Shown piece after piece: positions 29,052 through 46,749 of a DNA stretch of 64,000 nucleotides (positions within the stretch are counted from its first letter, which is position 1; each line of letters starts with the position of its first letter). Under the pieces are notes generated by a model. That model had not been told where the DNA came from. It saw nothing but the letters and a program-made list of their open reading frames with translations, and did not search any database. This DNA is from the human T2T-CHM13v2.0 reference genome, Homo sapiens. Both the position numbers and the translations under genes were made by a program. The stretch is from assembly GCF_009914755.1 (NCBI RefSeq), contig NC_060930.1. The stretch is one strand, 5' to 3'.

Positions 29052-29159
29052 AGAGATAGAGACACACAGACACAGAGAGAGACAGAGAGGGGAAGAGAGA
29101 GAAAAAGAGAGCGAGAGCACGAGAGAGAGAGAGGGGAGAGGGTTGGGAGAGGGAGAGAA
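29052..29159 (+). repeat. GA/CA-rich simple repeat
   Basis: gaga/caga runs. Confidence 0.85.
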
Positions 29160-30809
29160 CGACTAAAATGTGCACTTATATGTATGTGTTTATGCCTAAT
29201 TGCCTTATCTTTGTATGAATAATCTATAAAGTCAAGCTTATCATTTCAGTGATTCCTTTAATCATGCACAGTATCAGTTAAATAAAAATTTGGCCTTTCC
29301 CCTTACTTTCTATCTATAGAATTTGAGCTGTATAAAAGTGAAATTTTACTCAAGGATTAACCAATTAAATATCCATCTTCTTCATTTGAACTGATTCAAT
29401 ATACCAGAATTGGAAGAAGCCTGAAAATCCCTTCATGGCTTTTGTTATTGTATCAGGCCTTTTGATTTTATAAGCTCTGGATTTTTATCTTAAGTTTGAA
29501 TACAAAGAGCAACTTAGACTCATAATGTGCCCTGTGAAATCCCACATGTGTTTTCCTCCTCTGTGCCTCATTTTCCTGCATTCCTAGTATATGATGAATC
29601 CTGTTCTCAGTTTACAGGGATGTGGACTATTTTGGGTTATGTCCAAGCATTTAACATGCTAGAAAAGGCAGCAGTGTTTTAAAGGGCTTCTTCATCAGAA
29701 GACCTCTGAGATTTCGTAGCTACACAGAAATGAAAGTTATTCTCACTCAAAGTAAATTACTTCACATTGAATTTCTCATTTATCTAAAATTTCCATTCAT
29801 CTTTAATAATGTTATTTGTTCGTTTTGTCCTTTCCTTGAATGTAGAAAAATATACTTTATGATCTCTCAGCCAAAAATACATGTTTAAACAAGTGTCTCT
29901 TAATATATTATATGTGAGCACATGTGAACAAGTTTTAATATTAATTAAGTTATTTCTGTTTAGCTAATCTTACATTATATGATGACTTAAAACTATCAGT
30001 GATAAATTGCCCTTTATTGATAATTTATGTATTAAATTTTACCAACTCTAGAGTAATGACTTTTGTTTTTTAAGTAATACCAAGAAGTACAATTTTTTGA
30101 TGCGTATTTTACATAAAGTTTTCATATTTACATACTATGTGTTAAGGGAGTTGGAAAATATCTGTATAAATCAATAATTCTATGATCTTCACCAAGTCTA
30201 TCTGTTAAGCTAATGAATGTTACAAATAATACCATTAATCTTGACTAATACCTAAATAGAAAAATGATTTAAATATTGAGGGGAAGAGAGATTTATTTGA
30301 TTAAATAAATGTACTCCAAAGTTACTAAGTTGTTTTATGCTGAAGGATTGGGTACACTATTATATGCCTCTGGTAACATTCTTGACAGATAATCTTATGA
30401 GACAATGGGTATTTAATGAACACCTGTGTCCTTTGCATTGACCTAGCTGCTATAGACTTCACTTTATAGCTTATAGTCTCTGGCCCACATTGGAAATACA
30501 GTATTTTGGGTGAGGAAAGACATATCCACAAGGAAATATCATTACATGTGGCAATTTATTTGATACTCAAATGTAAAAGTGTGATGCATTATTTGGTACA
30601 GAAAAATAGATAATGGATCTGCATGTAATAAAATGGTATATGTAGTACAATTACAAAATGCAACAGAAGACAACGTAGAGGACGCTTTCATCATCATCAT
30701 CAACAGGAGTCAACTGTGAAGAAAAGACAATAAACTTTGGATTTTCAAATAGCTCTGCCTGAAAAAATGCTATATCCATTATGATGCAAAATATGAGATA
30801 TTTTAAAAT

Positions 30810-30995
30810 TAGGGTGAGAGACTTTATACTTCAGTTGTAACTTACGGGTCTTCACTATTTCTACCTTGAAAAGAAATAATTTTACCTAGATCACTGAATT
30901 GTTTTAGGATATAATGTGGTAATACGTTGAAAACTTCTAGTAAAATACCTGATAATGACTACCACTCAGAAAATGATGATGCTTATTATTATTTT
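30810..30995 (+). mobile_element. MIR (degraded)
   Basis: gttgttttaggatataatgtggtaatacg...aaaacttctagtaaaatacctg tail. Confidence 0.45.
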
Positions 30996-32294
30996 GTGTT
31001 TAATTTAAAAAATAAGATAGACTAAATCTGCATAACTGAGACTTCTTAAGTTTTCACTGACATCTCAAGATAAAACACTTTATGGTTTTTATGCAAGTAT
31101 AGATTATTTACATGATACTATCATTTTTATTTCATCTATGATTATATATGTATATTTATATTTGCATGTTTGTCCAGACTAATACAAATATGAATGACTA
31201 ATTTTAATATAAATTCACATAATGCGAACATGTGCATATATGTGTGTATGCATACATAAATATGTTTATGTACTTATACATATAGAGATACTTATTCATT
31301 ATTTCTTCCTTCAAATTGAAGCAGTAGGCACTGCTTTAAAACTAGTTACTTCTAGTCAGGCTCATTTATCAAACTTTCTTTTTTGATGTGAAAGTTCTCT
31401 ACTTTGTCTTTATTTTAGTATGACTTCTTGCCTCATAATGTAAATAAAAACAAGGAGAATCTTATTTTTACAAAGGAAAAAACCTTAGACAAAAATAATT
31501 TTGGAAATAAAAGTGGATAACATATTTTCCACATAAATGTATTAAACATGATTAATACACTAAAATATAATAATTTTATAACTCAAAATATTTCAGTTAG
31601 TGAAACAGTCATGGAACTAGAGGGTCATTCTAGGCATGCAGATTGTATTTCCAGTGTAAGGAGCTTCAGGATCAATTATCAGCATACTAAATGGGTGGTG
31701 CAAACAATGTTGCCAATAGTGCTAACAGGTGCTGGCTTATCCTTAAAGAATGATGAAGCAGTACGAATATTCTTCTACAGTTTTTTTTTAAACTAAAAAC
31801 ATTGTAATTCTGGAAACACATTGATAAAAATCAGCCCCTTCCAATTGTTAATGCATCTTTTAAATAAACAAACCTACATTTTTTTTCCTGAAAATATTTC
31901 TCGAAATAGAAATATCAATGAGTACCCATCCTCCCTTCTTACCTTGCTTCCTTTCTTTTTCAAATGCCTACGTAATACTAATTATGTAGAAACTGTTTTA
32001 GCAGCATAAATTCGCCCATTACTCAGAACAAGCCCATGATATAGGTATTATTATCCCTATTCTAGAAAATGCATAGTCATCATTTTTGGTTTTAATTATA
32101 TTGGATAAAGTGTAGTAACCAAGCTTTTTAAGGATATATAAATCGCTTAGGATTTTGAGAAGCTCTTTGGTTCCATATAGGCAAATACGAGCATGCATTT
32201 AAGTAATTAACCAAAAAAAGATAAAACAAAAAGTTATTTAATTAGGTTAGTACTGACCTTTTTGGCCTTAAAATAATAGACTTATTTACAAAGT

Positions 32295-32423
32295 TTCCTT
32301 TCTTTTTTCCTTTTTTCCTCTTTTCTTTCCCTTTCTCCCTCCCTCCCTTTCTTCAGTCCCTTTCTTCATTCCTTCTTCCTTTCTGTCTCTCTTCTCTCAC
32401 TCTCCTTCTCTCTCACTTTTTTT
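32295..32423 (+). repeat. CT-rich low complexity
   Basis: Pyrimidine tract. Confidence 0.8.
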
Positions 32424-32909
32424 GGGTTTTAGAAAATTAGGTGTTTGGTTTTTTTTTTGAACTAAAGTTAGTGTAATATAAGTTACTACCAGACAGAATT
32501 GTAATTTTGGTCTCGGATTCCATTCAAACCTATATGCAGCCATGAACATCAGGTCTAAGTGATTTTGCATAAAGCAGAGCAGCTATATAGCCTTTATCTC
32601 AACCTAGTTGAGAAAGGAATAATACGTATAGTTAATACAGGTGTCATTTATGCAAGCATTTTTCTTCAGGGTTGATTTCTAGTTTTTACTACACAAACTC
32701 TTTTGTGCATATTTTATTTCTTAAAGTTAGTTTGCATTACTTTTGTTGTGAAATTATAATTAATGATTCTGAATATTACATATTTTAAAAATAATCTTAA
32801 ATAATATTTTACTATATCAAATAATTTTCATGGTTAGACAAATGGGCAGGTTAAAAATTGGATCTATAATTAACAAGGTACAAATAAAAGCAAAGCAAAT
32901 GATCCTATA

Positions 32910-34350
32910 CTTGTTTTGTCAGTTCTTCCCCCAAAATACCTCTATCCTCCTTCCATCTCTCCCCATATTCACTGCCACACCTATATCAAAGCCATCACTT
33001 TGCTTCTCCAGGTAATTAAAATGTTTTCCTTACTAATATTTCTGTTTTTTATTTCACTTCATTTCAAAATGATCTTTGAAAAATACATACCACATAGCTC
33101 TCTTAACTAAATCTTTTAGTATCTTTCTATTGCCCTTAGATTAAATTTAAATTTATAGCACAACCTACAAAATTTTTCATCATGCACGTCCCACCTGCCT
33201 TTCTAAAAATCTTTCATAGTCCTTTGTTTGTTCTAATGCAACAGTGACATTAGGCTTCATTTTATTTTTCTGTGTCAGAGCTGGAGAGTCAATAAGAATA
33301 ATGTTGTCTTTCTCAAACATTATTGACTCCAAAAAAATTAAGTTACCTTTTACATTACCCTCATGCACATATTTTACTGAAACAAAAGTTTTACCAAACA
33401 ATATTTTTTAGCTATAATGCACTCTATTATTTGTATCCATTTCTATTATATTTACAAAAAAAATACTTGGCAATTGGTTCACTAAATTGATTTCATGACC
33501 CTTTAATGAATCAGAACCCACAGTTTGAAAAACATTGGTGTAGTTAGTGGTTAAGAGTTCATGCTCTGAAGTTGACAAAAATGAATTTATATCTTGAGAC
33601 AACCATCGGCTGACTATATATAAACTTTGGCATACTTGACCTCTGTATCACAGTTTCTTCATCTAAAATGTTAAGCAATAATAATATTTTCTTTATGTCA
33701 TTGATATAACGACCAAATTACAAAATGCGTATGAAGTACTTAGACCAGTGCCTGAGACTGATAGAAATGATTTTTATTATTGACACTTTTGTGAATATTA
33801 TTTGTTGTATATACAGGTCTTTTTTTCTTACTAGAATACTATTTTCCAGTGTCCCACACCCATATTTTATGGGTAATTCCACCTCATTCTCAAAGTGTTA
33901 CATCTGTGATGTCTTCTTTGACTCACTAGGTCTGGACTCCCAACTCAGCTGCCTTCAGAGGCCGAGTAGGCAACTGAAATTCATGAAGTCATTCTATGTG
34001 ATGGCATGGTCATACCTGGGGCAAAATAGGGACATGGGACTGTGTGTGTATATATATATACACACACACACACACACCCCACATGCATACACAATCACAC
34101 ACTCACACATGACAGCTGATTTGCAGTTTATGCCTGACATTAGATCCTCTTTCTATAGGTTCGCATGGCAGCCTATACTTTGCTTTCTACGATATTCATT
34201 ATCAATATTGCCAATATTTGTTTACCATTTCTCTTCCTGCCAAAAACTATAATTAACTCCATATGGATAAAACTGTAACTACTTTATTTACTTTGTATTC
34301 CTAGCCCCAAGCCCAGTGCTTGGAACATGGTATTCCTGAGTGGAATACAA
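32910..34350 (+). mobile_element. L2 interrupted by a Charlie-like relic (~33270-33538), a MIR (~33540-33790) and a MER117-like relic (~33930-34138)
   Basis: L2 motifs on both sides; cccacagtttgaaaaacattg TIR-like end; MIR core. Confidence 0.5.
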
Positions 34351-35266
34351 CAGAATGGAGTGTCCTGATATGAGCCTAACTTGTGCTTACTTGAGAGTTC
34401 TGATAGGTCTTGCCTTTGTTGAAATACTGCCTGGCATCAAATTGCCTAAACTGGAAAAGAGGCTCAAGGACAGTGGGCCATGCTGGAGGGAAGGGCTACT
34501 TCTGTATATAGCACCACTGATGATGACTAGCTTGGTCATCAGTATCATCACCAACACTACTATCCTCAATGCTATTAGCCCCATCTTTATGGATTTATGC
34601 TTAATCTTGGAAGAGGAATCTAGAATCCTAGCCATTTTACTAAAATCCCTCTGGGAGATTCAGAGTGCAAATCAGCATGAGTGGATTCAGCAAAGTTGAT
34701 GCCAGAAACTTTGACAGCAATAGCAGGAAGCATTGTCAGCTATACAGTGATGCTGTATTTTTCTGCTTCGGCTATTGGCAGGCTTGAAACAGGCTCAATG
34801 GCAATAGTGTCAATGTGAGAGGGGAATGGTGCATTTCTAAAGCAGCCATCTCACAGACCAGGAACTGTTGGGTCTATGGAATCCCTCCTGGTTACCCAAA
34901 TTTGGGGCTTGAGAATATTTGTAAGACCTCTTCAATGGTTTCAAAGATAAGTTGAGAAGGCTTTGGTAATGTAAATTGGGGTGAAATTCTAGAATATATG
35001 GATGAGGGCACAGCAGAAAAAATAGTTTGGAGACATTGAGATCCAAGTTTTAGTCTCAGATTGGAGAAACATAAAAATGATTATAATGGTTGGTCTGTGG
35101 AAATTATGGGTAATTCTTTTATGTTACCTTTTCTGAAATGTTTATAATGCAATTTGTTATTTCCAAAATGAAAAAAGAATATTTTAAAAGAATGCTAATA
35201 ACAATAATTGTCTAATTACAAAAAATAATTCGTGTATGTTAATAAATTTGCTGTGATATGTGGAAC

Positions 35267-35288
35267 GTGTGTGTGTGTGTGTGTGTGT
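35267..35288 (+). repeat. (GT)n microsatellite
   Basis: About 10 units. Confidence 0.9.
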
Positions 35289-35517
35289 ACAAACCTGTAA
35301 CAGAGTTCAGGATATGTAAGTTAGCCAAAAGAATTGCTAAACTCAATTCATAAAAGAGAAACCTGAAACTTGTGACTTGTCCAGATTTTTCCATAAAAAT
35401 AGAAATCAAGTATGCATTAGAATCACCAGCTCACATAAACATTCTTTAGCCTCCATTGATTGAATACTTCAAATTAAGTAGCAAACTAAAATAAAATTCT
35501 CAAGATAGGAGGAGGCT

Positions 35518-35518
<1 letters not shown>

Positions 35519-35557
<39 letters not shown>
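35519..35557 (+). repeat. (GT)n microsatellite
   Basis: About 19 perfect units. Confidence 0.95.
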
Positions 35558-35558
<1 letters not shown>

Positions 35559-37034
35559 CAGTGAAAGACTGAAAGCAATTGTTGAGCTGGTTGGGAGGAC
35601 CTAAAATAACAAGGTGTACAGTAACATTTATTTTTTCTCTCCTAAATAAATTATTCGAGTATGTTTTACATTTATCTTGATTTTTATTTTCTCTAAAATT
35701 ATTACTTAGTGACAGGCAAACACTACTAGCATTATTTTATGTAGCACTAAATGATAGAAAAGAGAGATTTATATGTAGCCCAGAAGCTTCAGGGAGATGA
35801 AGCAGATACTATCCATAGAAGTGTCGTAGACTCGCTTAGCAAATGTTTTCGCAGTTAAAATGGAATCAAAGTGCTTATTTACCTCAGAGGAGTTAAACCC
35901 ATAAGTCCACTAATAGTAATTTTGTGAATGTTGAAACTGTGTTCAATTTTGATAAAAGATGCTTTAATGAATCCTCCTGCATTCACTCATTACAGAAGGC
36001 ATGCCTGTGTTCTCCTTATATGCCAACAGAAAAACTTTCACTGCAAGAGAGAAAAAAAACCCTGGCATTTAAATTCAGTATAAAATTTTTTCTTTTTGTC
36101 CTGAGATTGGAAAACTATTAGTGTTGAGTTAATGTACTGACCAGTGTAGAAATAGAATCTGAAAATGGTTCTAATTCTCTCTTTTATTTATGTACTTTTG
36201 TGCACATACACTTATCTATGATAACTATCTATTTTATAAACTCAGAAGAAATGAAAAGCAAATCAAATAAAGCTGGTTTAAATAATTTGAGACTGAAATA
36301 ATGCAGTAATTATAATTTCTGTGTATGGATGGAATGTATCTCCCAAATAATAACCTCCAAACCCATGTGGCCAACAATTGGAAAATCACTGTCATGCACC
36401 ATAAGACATCAGCCATTAGTTCCTGCTCATGTGCCATTTGCCATTTCTTTGGGTTATGCAGTGCAGCAATGCTGAGTATACTCTTTGATATTATCTCTCT
36501 GAATCCTGCTTGTTGCAAGCTCATCACACTTTTGGCTGACTCTGAAAAATGGCAGCTAGCTTTGGGGTCGATAGTGGGAGGGAAGGGTGCTTAGCTACTT
36601 TTAAGCTACAAAGAATATGCTAAATCATGCTTCAGTGTGGCATGAAATCAGAGTGTTACTGGAGATAACAAAAAACAAAAAAGCAGAAAACAAATAAGCT
36701 TTCATAAACTGCTCTAGGATGATTCAATTTTTCTACTTACAAATGCTATCTATAAAAGATAAAATATAAAGTACATAGTAAGCCTTTCAGCCTGCATATG
36801 TTGGTAATGAAGAAGAATGCTATGTTGCATGTAATGGAGGGCTGGAACATTAATGTTCAAGTGTCAGGCCACTTTCATTGCTTGTTCCAAAATATAAATG
36901 AGTGATACAGAAGAGAGTATAGTTAAAAAATACTGTAGTGATAGATAACCATGTGAAAATCAAGAATTGCTTTGACATATTAAATATAATTTTAATAGCA
37001 TATTAATTGTTAGATCTTATGTAATTAATAGCAT

Positions 37035-37200
37035 CACAGGGCACCTACATATATATTTATTTGATGCTTTCATCAACCCTATTTTGTAGGCATTACTCTT
37101 GTTTTCAGATGAGGAGGTCAACTAGTAGGCTAAATGACTTGCCTAAGACTGCACAGACAAAAAGCAGGAGCCGTGGGTTAAGGCTCAGAACTTCTACTTC
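37035..37200 (-). mobile_element. MIR
   Basis: tttcagatgaggagg...ggctaaatgacttgcctaagactgcacag. Confidence 0.65.
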
Positions 37201-37306
37201 AAGAACATGACCCTGTGCTTGGAATCTGGTCTTTGAGGCCAGAAGACCAACTGAGTGTGCTCAGTTGTTTAAGACACTTTGGCCTTTGGAATGCTTCAAA
37301 TCCATT

Positions 37307-37605
37307 ATTTTATTTATTTGTTTTATTTTTATTTTTAGAGATGGGATCTCACTCTTTTTGTCCAATCTAAAGTGCAGTGGTGCAATCATAGCTCACTGCA
37401 GCCACCAGCTCCTGGGCTCAAGAGATCATCTTGCTTCAGCCTCCTGAGCAGCTGGGACCACAGGTGTGTGCCACCATGCCTGGCTATTTTTTTGTAGAGA
37501 TGGGGGTCTCACTTTGTTGCCAAGGGTTGTCTCTGTCCTCAAGCAATCCTCCCACTTCGGCCTCCCAAAGTGTTGGAATTAAGGCGTGAGCCATGGCACC
37601 AAACC
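37307..37605 (-). mobile_element. AluJ
   Basis: AluJ diagnostics (atcatagctcactgcagcc, ctcctgggctcaag); short TSD aatccatt. Confidence 0.9.
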
Positions 37606-39279
37606 CTGAATCCATTTTATCGTAAGTGGTTGACTTATCCAATTCTAGCATTGGCATAACGCTCTGGCTGTTTGCACATTATGCCAAACATACTTGTTGA
37701 GAAAGGAATGCCATTTTGGAATAACACTGTCCAATATGTGAATTATTAAAGATAAAATAATATTTTACAAATTCACTTTATATATTCAACTACCCTAAGA
37801 CTTAACGCAAATCTTCTATTTTTTTTCCTTTTTTTTTTCATGAGATCCATGAGGGATGATTGCTCAGTTCTTCAAAACATGCCTACCAGCATTCTTTCAC
37901 AGAGACATGAGACATAACCTTTCTCTTCTTTAAAAGTCCTTATTCAGCGCCACTTCCTCCAGAAAGTTTACTCCATCTCCTAGTCAAAGCAGCCTTGGAC
38001 CACCAAGTCTACCATATTCTGCATTTTCCCATAGGTAAAGAATTATTTCTGCAAAGCTGATATGTTGCTTAGGTCTCTGTTGCTTCAATTTTGAGGTATA
38101 AAATATCCTGGTCTATTTTTGATGTTTTCTCAAGCCTTCTTTAAAAAATTCCAGCTATGCTGAATTTCTTAGAAATTAGTTTTTCATTTTCAGACACAAA
38201 ATAATTTTAGCAGCTAGCTTTTACTGCATCTAGATACTTGTCTAAATTTTACTGGATTTACATAAATCTGCAAGCCTTGAGGCTCTGAAACCATAATGTG
38301 TCTCTCTTTCTTGCTTTTGCTGACCCACAAATATGAATCTTTTAAGTTCCACTTCAAATGCTGTATCTCTTTTTGAAAGACAAAAAAAAAATTCCTAATT
38401 TGAAGGAAGTTTACCTCCCAGGTACCAATATCTTTCAAACACTAAGAAACTAAAAAAGAAATACCATTTTTATATTTTCCATTGTCACCCATATATTAAT
38501 ATTTTTTGTTCACATATTTTGACTTTGCTAGATTATTAAGGAATTTAGCCATCAAAAATTCTCCATGAAAAGAGGTAGATTTCAGACACAAATTCATGTA
38601 AATAAGTGAACTCTGAACAATTGGAATTCTCAATTCATACTGAAGGTATGTGGTGTAGAATACCTTCTGTGAAGACAGGGTGTTTACCATAGCACTAGTG
38701 TTAAGTACATTTGGGCCAGGTTTACTAAGCTTCAGGCAGGTTCAAAATTCAACTGCAATATACTGGGGCAAGAGGCAGCCAAGGAATGTCTGAGTGGTAA
38801 GAAATGGCCTCTAAATTTACAATTGACTGAATAATCTCTACATTTAAGAATCATCAATGTAACACAATGGGGTTAGAGTCATAAATTACAAAGTAATTTG
38901 TTGAGGTGATATTCAGACTTATTTTACATTTCTATGGATTCCTATTTCAATGATGTTTATTTAAAGAAGATAAAATATAGACTAGCAGTAATTGATATTG
39001 GGTATAAATTTCCCCCAGTATGTTTGAATTTTACATCCCTGTCCTTGCAATAACAGCGGTTCATACTCAATCAACATTTTGGAGTGCATTACTGCATTAA
39101 TTGCATTGTTTTACCCTAAGTTAAAAATACCTATATTTTTATAGTGAGCTATATAAATGATTGAATTTAAAAATGTGTTCATTTATAATCAGACTTGTGG
39201 ATTTTAACTGCTATCTTCATATATGTGTATATACAAAAAAACACAAATAAGTTATAGGTGGAATTGCAAAGTCTAAGGA

Positions 39280-39500
39280 AGTTTTGTAGTTGATGTGTTA
39301 TAAATCTATAAATATATAATCTATAATATTTATATATTATAGTTATATATAAATATATTTATAATTATATATTAAGATATTTGTATAGTAAATACATATT
39401 TACAGATTCTATGTATATATGGTATCTATTTATAATATATATCCCTATGTAATCCGTAAATATATAATCTATAAATTATGTAATATATCAAATATACTTT
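39280..39500. repeat. AT-rich low complexity
   Basis: (TA)-rich degenerate tract. Confidence 0.7.
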
Positions 39501-39519
39501 TGAGTAATAGCTAAGATCA

Positions 39520-39945
39520 ACATATGTCCCATTATGATCCAAGTCCTGCCCATCTCTTCAAACTCCCTCACACTACCTTTCACTTTATTGCTAACTTTGG
39601 TAAATATGGCCAGCTTTCTTTTGTTTACTAGAAGACAATGCCCCCTGTATTTGCTCAGCATTCTATGCTTTCTACTCTGTCAGGAGCAGTTCCTCTGCTC
39701 TTCTTGTAGCTGGTCCTTTCTCTGATCATCCATTCTTAAGTAGATTCTTCTTGCTATACTCTAGGACAGCACCTTTTTTTCTTCTTAGCACTTAGGACAA
39801 ACTGTAATGATTTCAATTATTTGTTTCACCACATACCATTTCCCCAATTAGAATGTAAGCTTCTTAAGGATAGTCACCTGGCATGTCTTGTTCACTGTGT
39901 ATTTAATAAGGTACTGGCTGTTCAGTATTTTTTGAATGACTGAAA
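39520..39945 (+). mobile_element. L2 3' end
   Basis: attagaatgtaagcttcttaagg...tgtcttgttcactgtgta...ttgaatgactgaa. Confidence 0.65.
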
Positions 39946-40484
39946 GAGCACACTTATTTCACAAATATAGTTTTCTTTTATTTTGTATTCTTGGAAATAT
40001 GAATACAAATTTCCTGAACCCTCCAGGTCCTAAGCTTGAATCATACACACATTGAGTAATAGGAATATAAACAGAACTTAGTTTATTTCTTCTTGGAGCC
40101 TTTATTTGCACTTTCTCTGCAGTATTTCTGGAGTATTTTAGGTGTTTACTAACACATACTCTAAAAACACGAGAAACATTGTTGATAATGTCTATACTTA
40201 TGATTAATAGAGTTGTGCTAAGTTGGTTGCTTTAAAAATTGTGAAAATCGAGGGAGGAGCCAAGATGGCCGAATAGGAACAGCTCCAGTCTACAGCTCCC
40301 AGCGTGAGCAACGCAGAAGACAGGTGATTTCCGCATTTCCATCTGAGGTACCGGGTTCATCTCACTAGGGAGTGCCAGACAGTGGGCGCAGGCCAGTGGG
40401 TGCACGCACCGTGCGCGAGCCGAAGCAGGGCGAGGCATTGCCTCACCTGGGAAGCGCAAGGGGTCAGGGAGTTCCCTTTCCGAG

Positions 40485-40700
40485 TCAAAGAAAGGGGTGA
40501 CAGACGCACCTGGAAAATCGGGTCACTCCCACCCGAATATTGCGCTTTTCAGACCGGCTTAAAAAACGGCGCACCACGAGACTATATCCCACACCTGGCT
40601 TGGAGGGTCCTACGCCCACGGAGTCTCGCTGATTGCTAGCACAGCAGTCTGAGATCAAACTGCAAGGCGGCAGCGAGGCTGGGGGAGGGGCACCCGCCAT
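40485..40700 (-). CDS. ORF0: LINE-1 antisense ORF0, intact 71 aa
   Basis: MAGAPPPASLPPCSLISDCC...RFSRCVCHPFL*, with ATG at 40700-40698. Confidence 0.8.
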   Translation of the reverse strand: MAGAPPPASLPPCSLISDCCASNQRDSVGVGPSKPGVGYSLVVRRFLSRSEKRNIRVGVTRFSRCVCHPFL

Positions 40701-41154
40701 TGCCCAGGCTTGCTTAGGTAAACAAAGCAGCGGGGAAGCTTGAACTGGGTGGAGTCCACCACAGCTCAAGCAGGCCTGCCTGCCACTGTAGGCTCCACCT
40801 CTGGGGACAGGGCACAGACAAACAAAAAGACAGCAGTAACCTCTGCAGACTTAAATGTCCCTGTCTGACAGCTTTGAAGAGAGCAGTGGTTCTCCCAGCA
40901 CGCAGCTGGAGATCTGAGAACGGGCAGACTGCCTCCTCAAGTGGGTCCCTGACCCCTGACCCCCAGCAGCCTAACTGGGAGGCACCCCCCAGCAGGAGCA
41001 CACTGACACCTCACATGGCAGGGTATTCCAACAGACCTGCAGCTGAGGGTCCTGTCTGTTAGAAGGAAAACTAACAAACAGAAAGGACATCCACACCGAA
41101 AACCCATCTGTACATCACCATCATCAAAGACCAAAAGTAGATAAAACCACAAAG

Positions 41155-42171
41155 ATGGGGAAAAAACAGAACAGAAAAACTGGAAACTCTAAAACGCAGA
41201 ACGTCTCTCCTCCTCCAAAGGAACGCAGTTCCTCACCAGCAACGGAACAAAGCTGGATGGAGAATGACTTTGACGAGCTGAGAGAAGAAGGCTTCAGATG
41301 ATCGAATTACTCTGAGCTACGGGAGGACATTCAAACCAAAGGCAAAGAAGTTGAAAACTTTGAAAAAAATTTAGAAGAATGTATAGCTAGAATAACCAAT
41401 ACAGAGAAGTGCTTAAAGGAGCTGATGGAGCTGAAAACCAAGGCTCGAGAACTACGTGAAGAATGCAGAAGCCTCAGGAGCCGATGCAATCAACTGGAAG
41501 AAAAGGTATCAGCAATGGAAGATGAAATGAATGAAATGAAGCAAGAAGGGAAGTTTAGAGAAAAACGAATGAAAAGAAATGAGCAAAGCCTCCAAGAAAT
41601 ATGTGACTATGTGAAAAGACCAAATCTACGTCTGATTGGTGCACCTGAAAGTGATGGGGAGAATGGAACCAAGTTGGAAAACACTCTGCAGGATATTATC
41701 CAGGAGAACTTCCCCAATCTAGCAAGGCAGGCCAACGTTCAGATTCAGGAAATACAGAGAACGCCACAAAGATACTCCTCAAGAAGAGCAACTCCAAGAC
41801 ACATAATTGTCAGATTCACCAAAGTCTAAATGAAGGAAAAAATGTTAAGGGCAGCCAGAGAGAAAGGTCGGGTTACCCTCAAAGGGAAGCCCATCAGACT
41901 AACAGCGGATCTCTCGGCAGAAACCTTACAAGCCAGAAGAGAGTGGGGGCCAATATTCAACATTCTTAAAGTAAAGAATTTTCAACCCAGAATTTCATAT
42001 CCAGCCAAACTAAGCTTCATAAGTGAAGGAGAAATAAAATACTTTACAGACAAGCAAATGCTGAGAGATTTTGTCACCACCAGGCCTGCCCTAAAAGAGC
42101 TCCTGAAGGAAGCACTAACCATGGAAAGGAACAACCGGTACCAGCCGCTGCAAAATCATGCCAAAATGTAA
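41155..42171 (+). pseudogene. L1 ORF1p, disrupted
   Basis: ATG at 41155; in-frame stops TGA 41299-41301 and TAA 41827-41829. Confidence 0.95.
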
Positions 42172-42234
42172 AGACCATCGAGACTAGGAAGAAACTGCAT
42201 CAACTAACGAGCAAAATAACCAGTTAACATCATA

Positions 42235-46062
<3,828 letters not shown>

Positions 46063-46507
46063 ACAATGAGATCACATGGACACAGGAAGGGGAATATCAC
46101 ACTCTGGGGACTGTGGTGGGGTGGGGGGAGGGGGGAGGGATAGCACTGGGAGATATACCTAATGCTAGATGACGAGTTAGTGGGTGCAGCACACCAGCAT
46201 GGCACACTGTATACATATGTAACTAACCTGCACAATGTGCACATGTACCCTAAAACTTAAAGTATAATAAAAAAAAAATTGTGAAAATCTACAATTTATG
46301 CCAAAAAAACACAAAGTATATTATAAAAACTTCTATGCAATGTGAAACTATACAAAATACCTAAACATAAGCAGAGGAATAGGATTCAGAAGGAAATGTA
46401 CTATATGTTGAAAGTGTTCATCCAAGGGTAATGGGATAATAGGCAATTTTGATTTTTTTTTGTATTTTTCAATATTTACAATCTCTATATTACATATAGA
46501 TATATAG

Positions 46508-46638
46508 AGCTATGTCTCACTCTTAAAGGTAATTTTTTTTCCCAACTGCTCAGTGATTTTCAAACATTAAAAAACAAATACCCAGAAAATCACTGAGCAG
46601 TTGGGAAAACAAATTACCTTTAAGAGCAAGATACAGCT
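46508..46638. repeat. short-spacer inverted repeat
   Basis: Core arms 46520-46561 and 46585-46626, 41/42 complementary, 23-nt loop. Confidence 0.95.
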
Positions 46639-46749
46639 TCAGAGAGTGGAATGATTAATTCCTTTTGTAAGTACTTATTTAGAGTTTTATATGTTTGTGG
46701 AGCTATTGCAGGATGTGTCATGTTTTCATGAAAGTGAAATCTAGTTTCT

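Noticed and set aside
33725-34699. 175-aa and 119-aa ORFs
   Set aside because: The first runs through MIR, L2 and CA-repeat sequence. Neither shows a recognisable domain or splice support.
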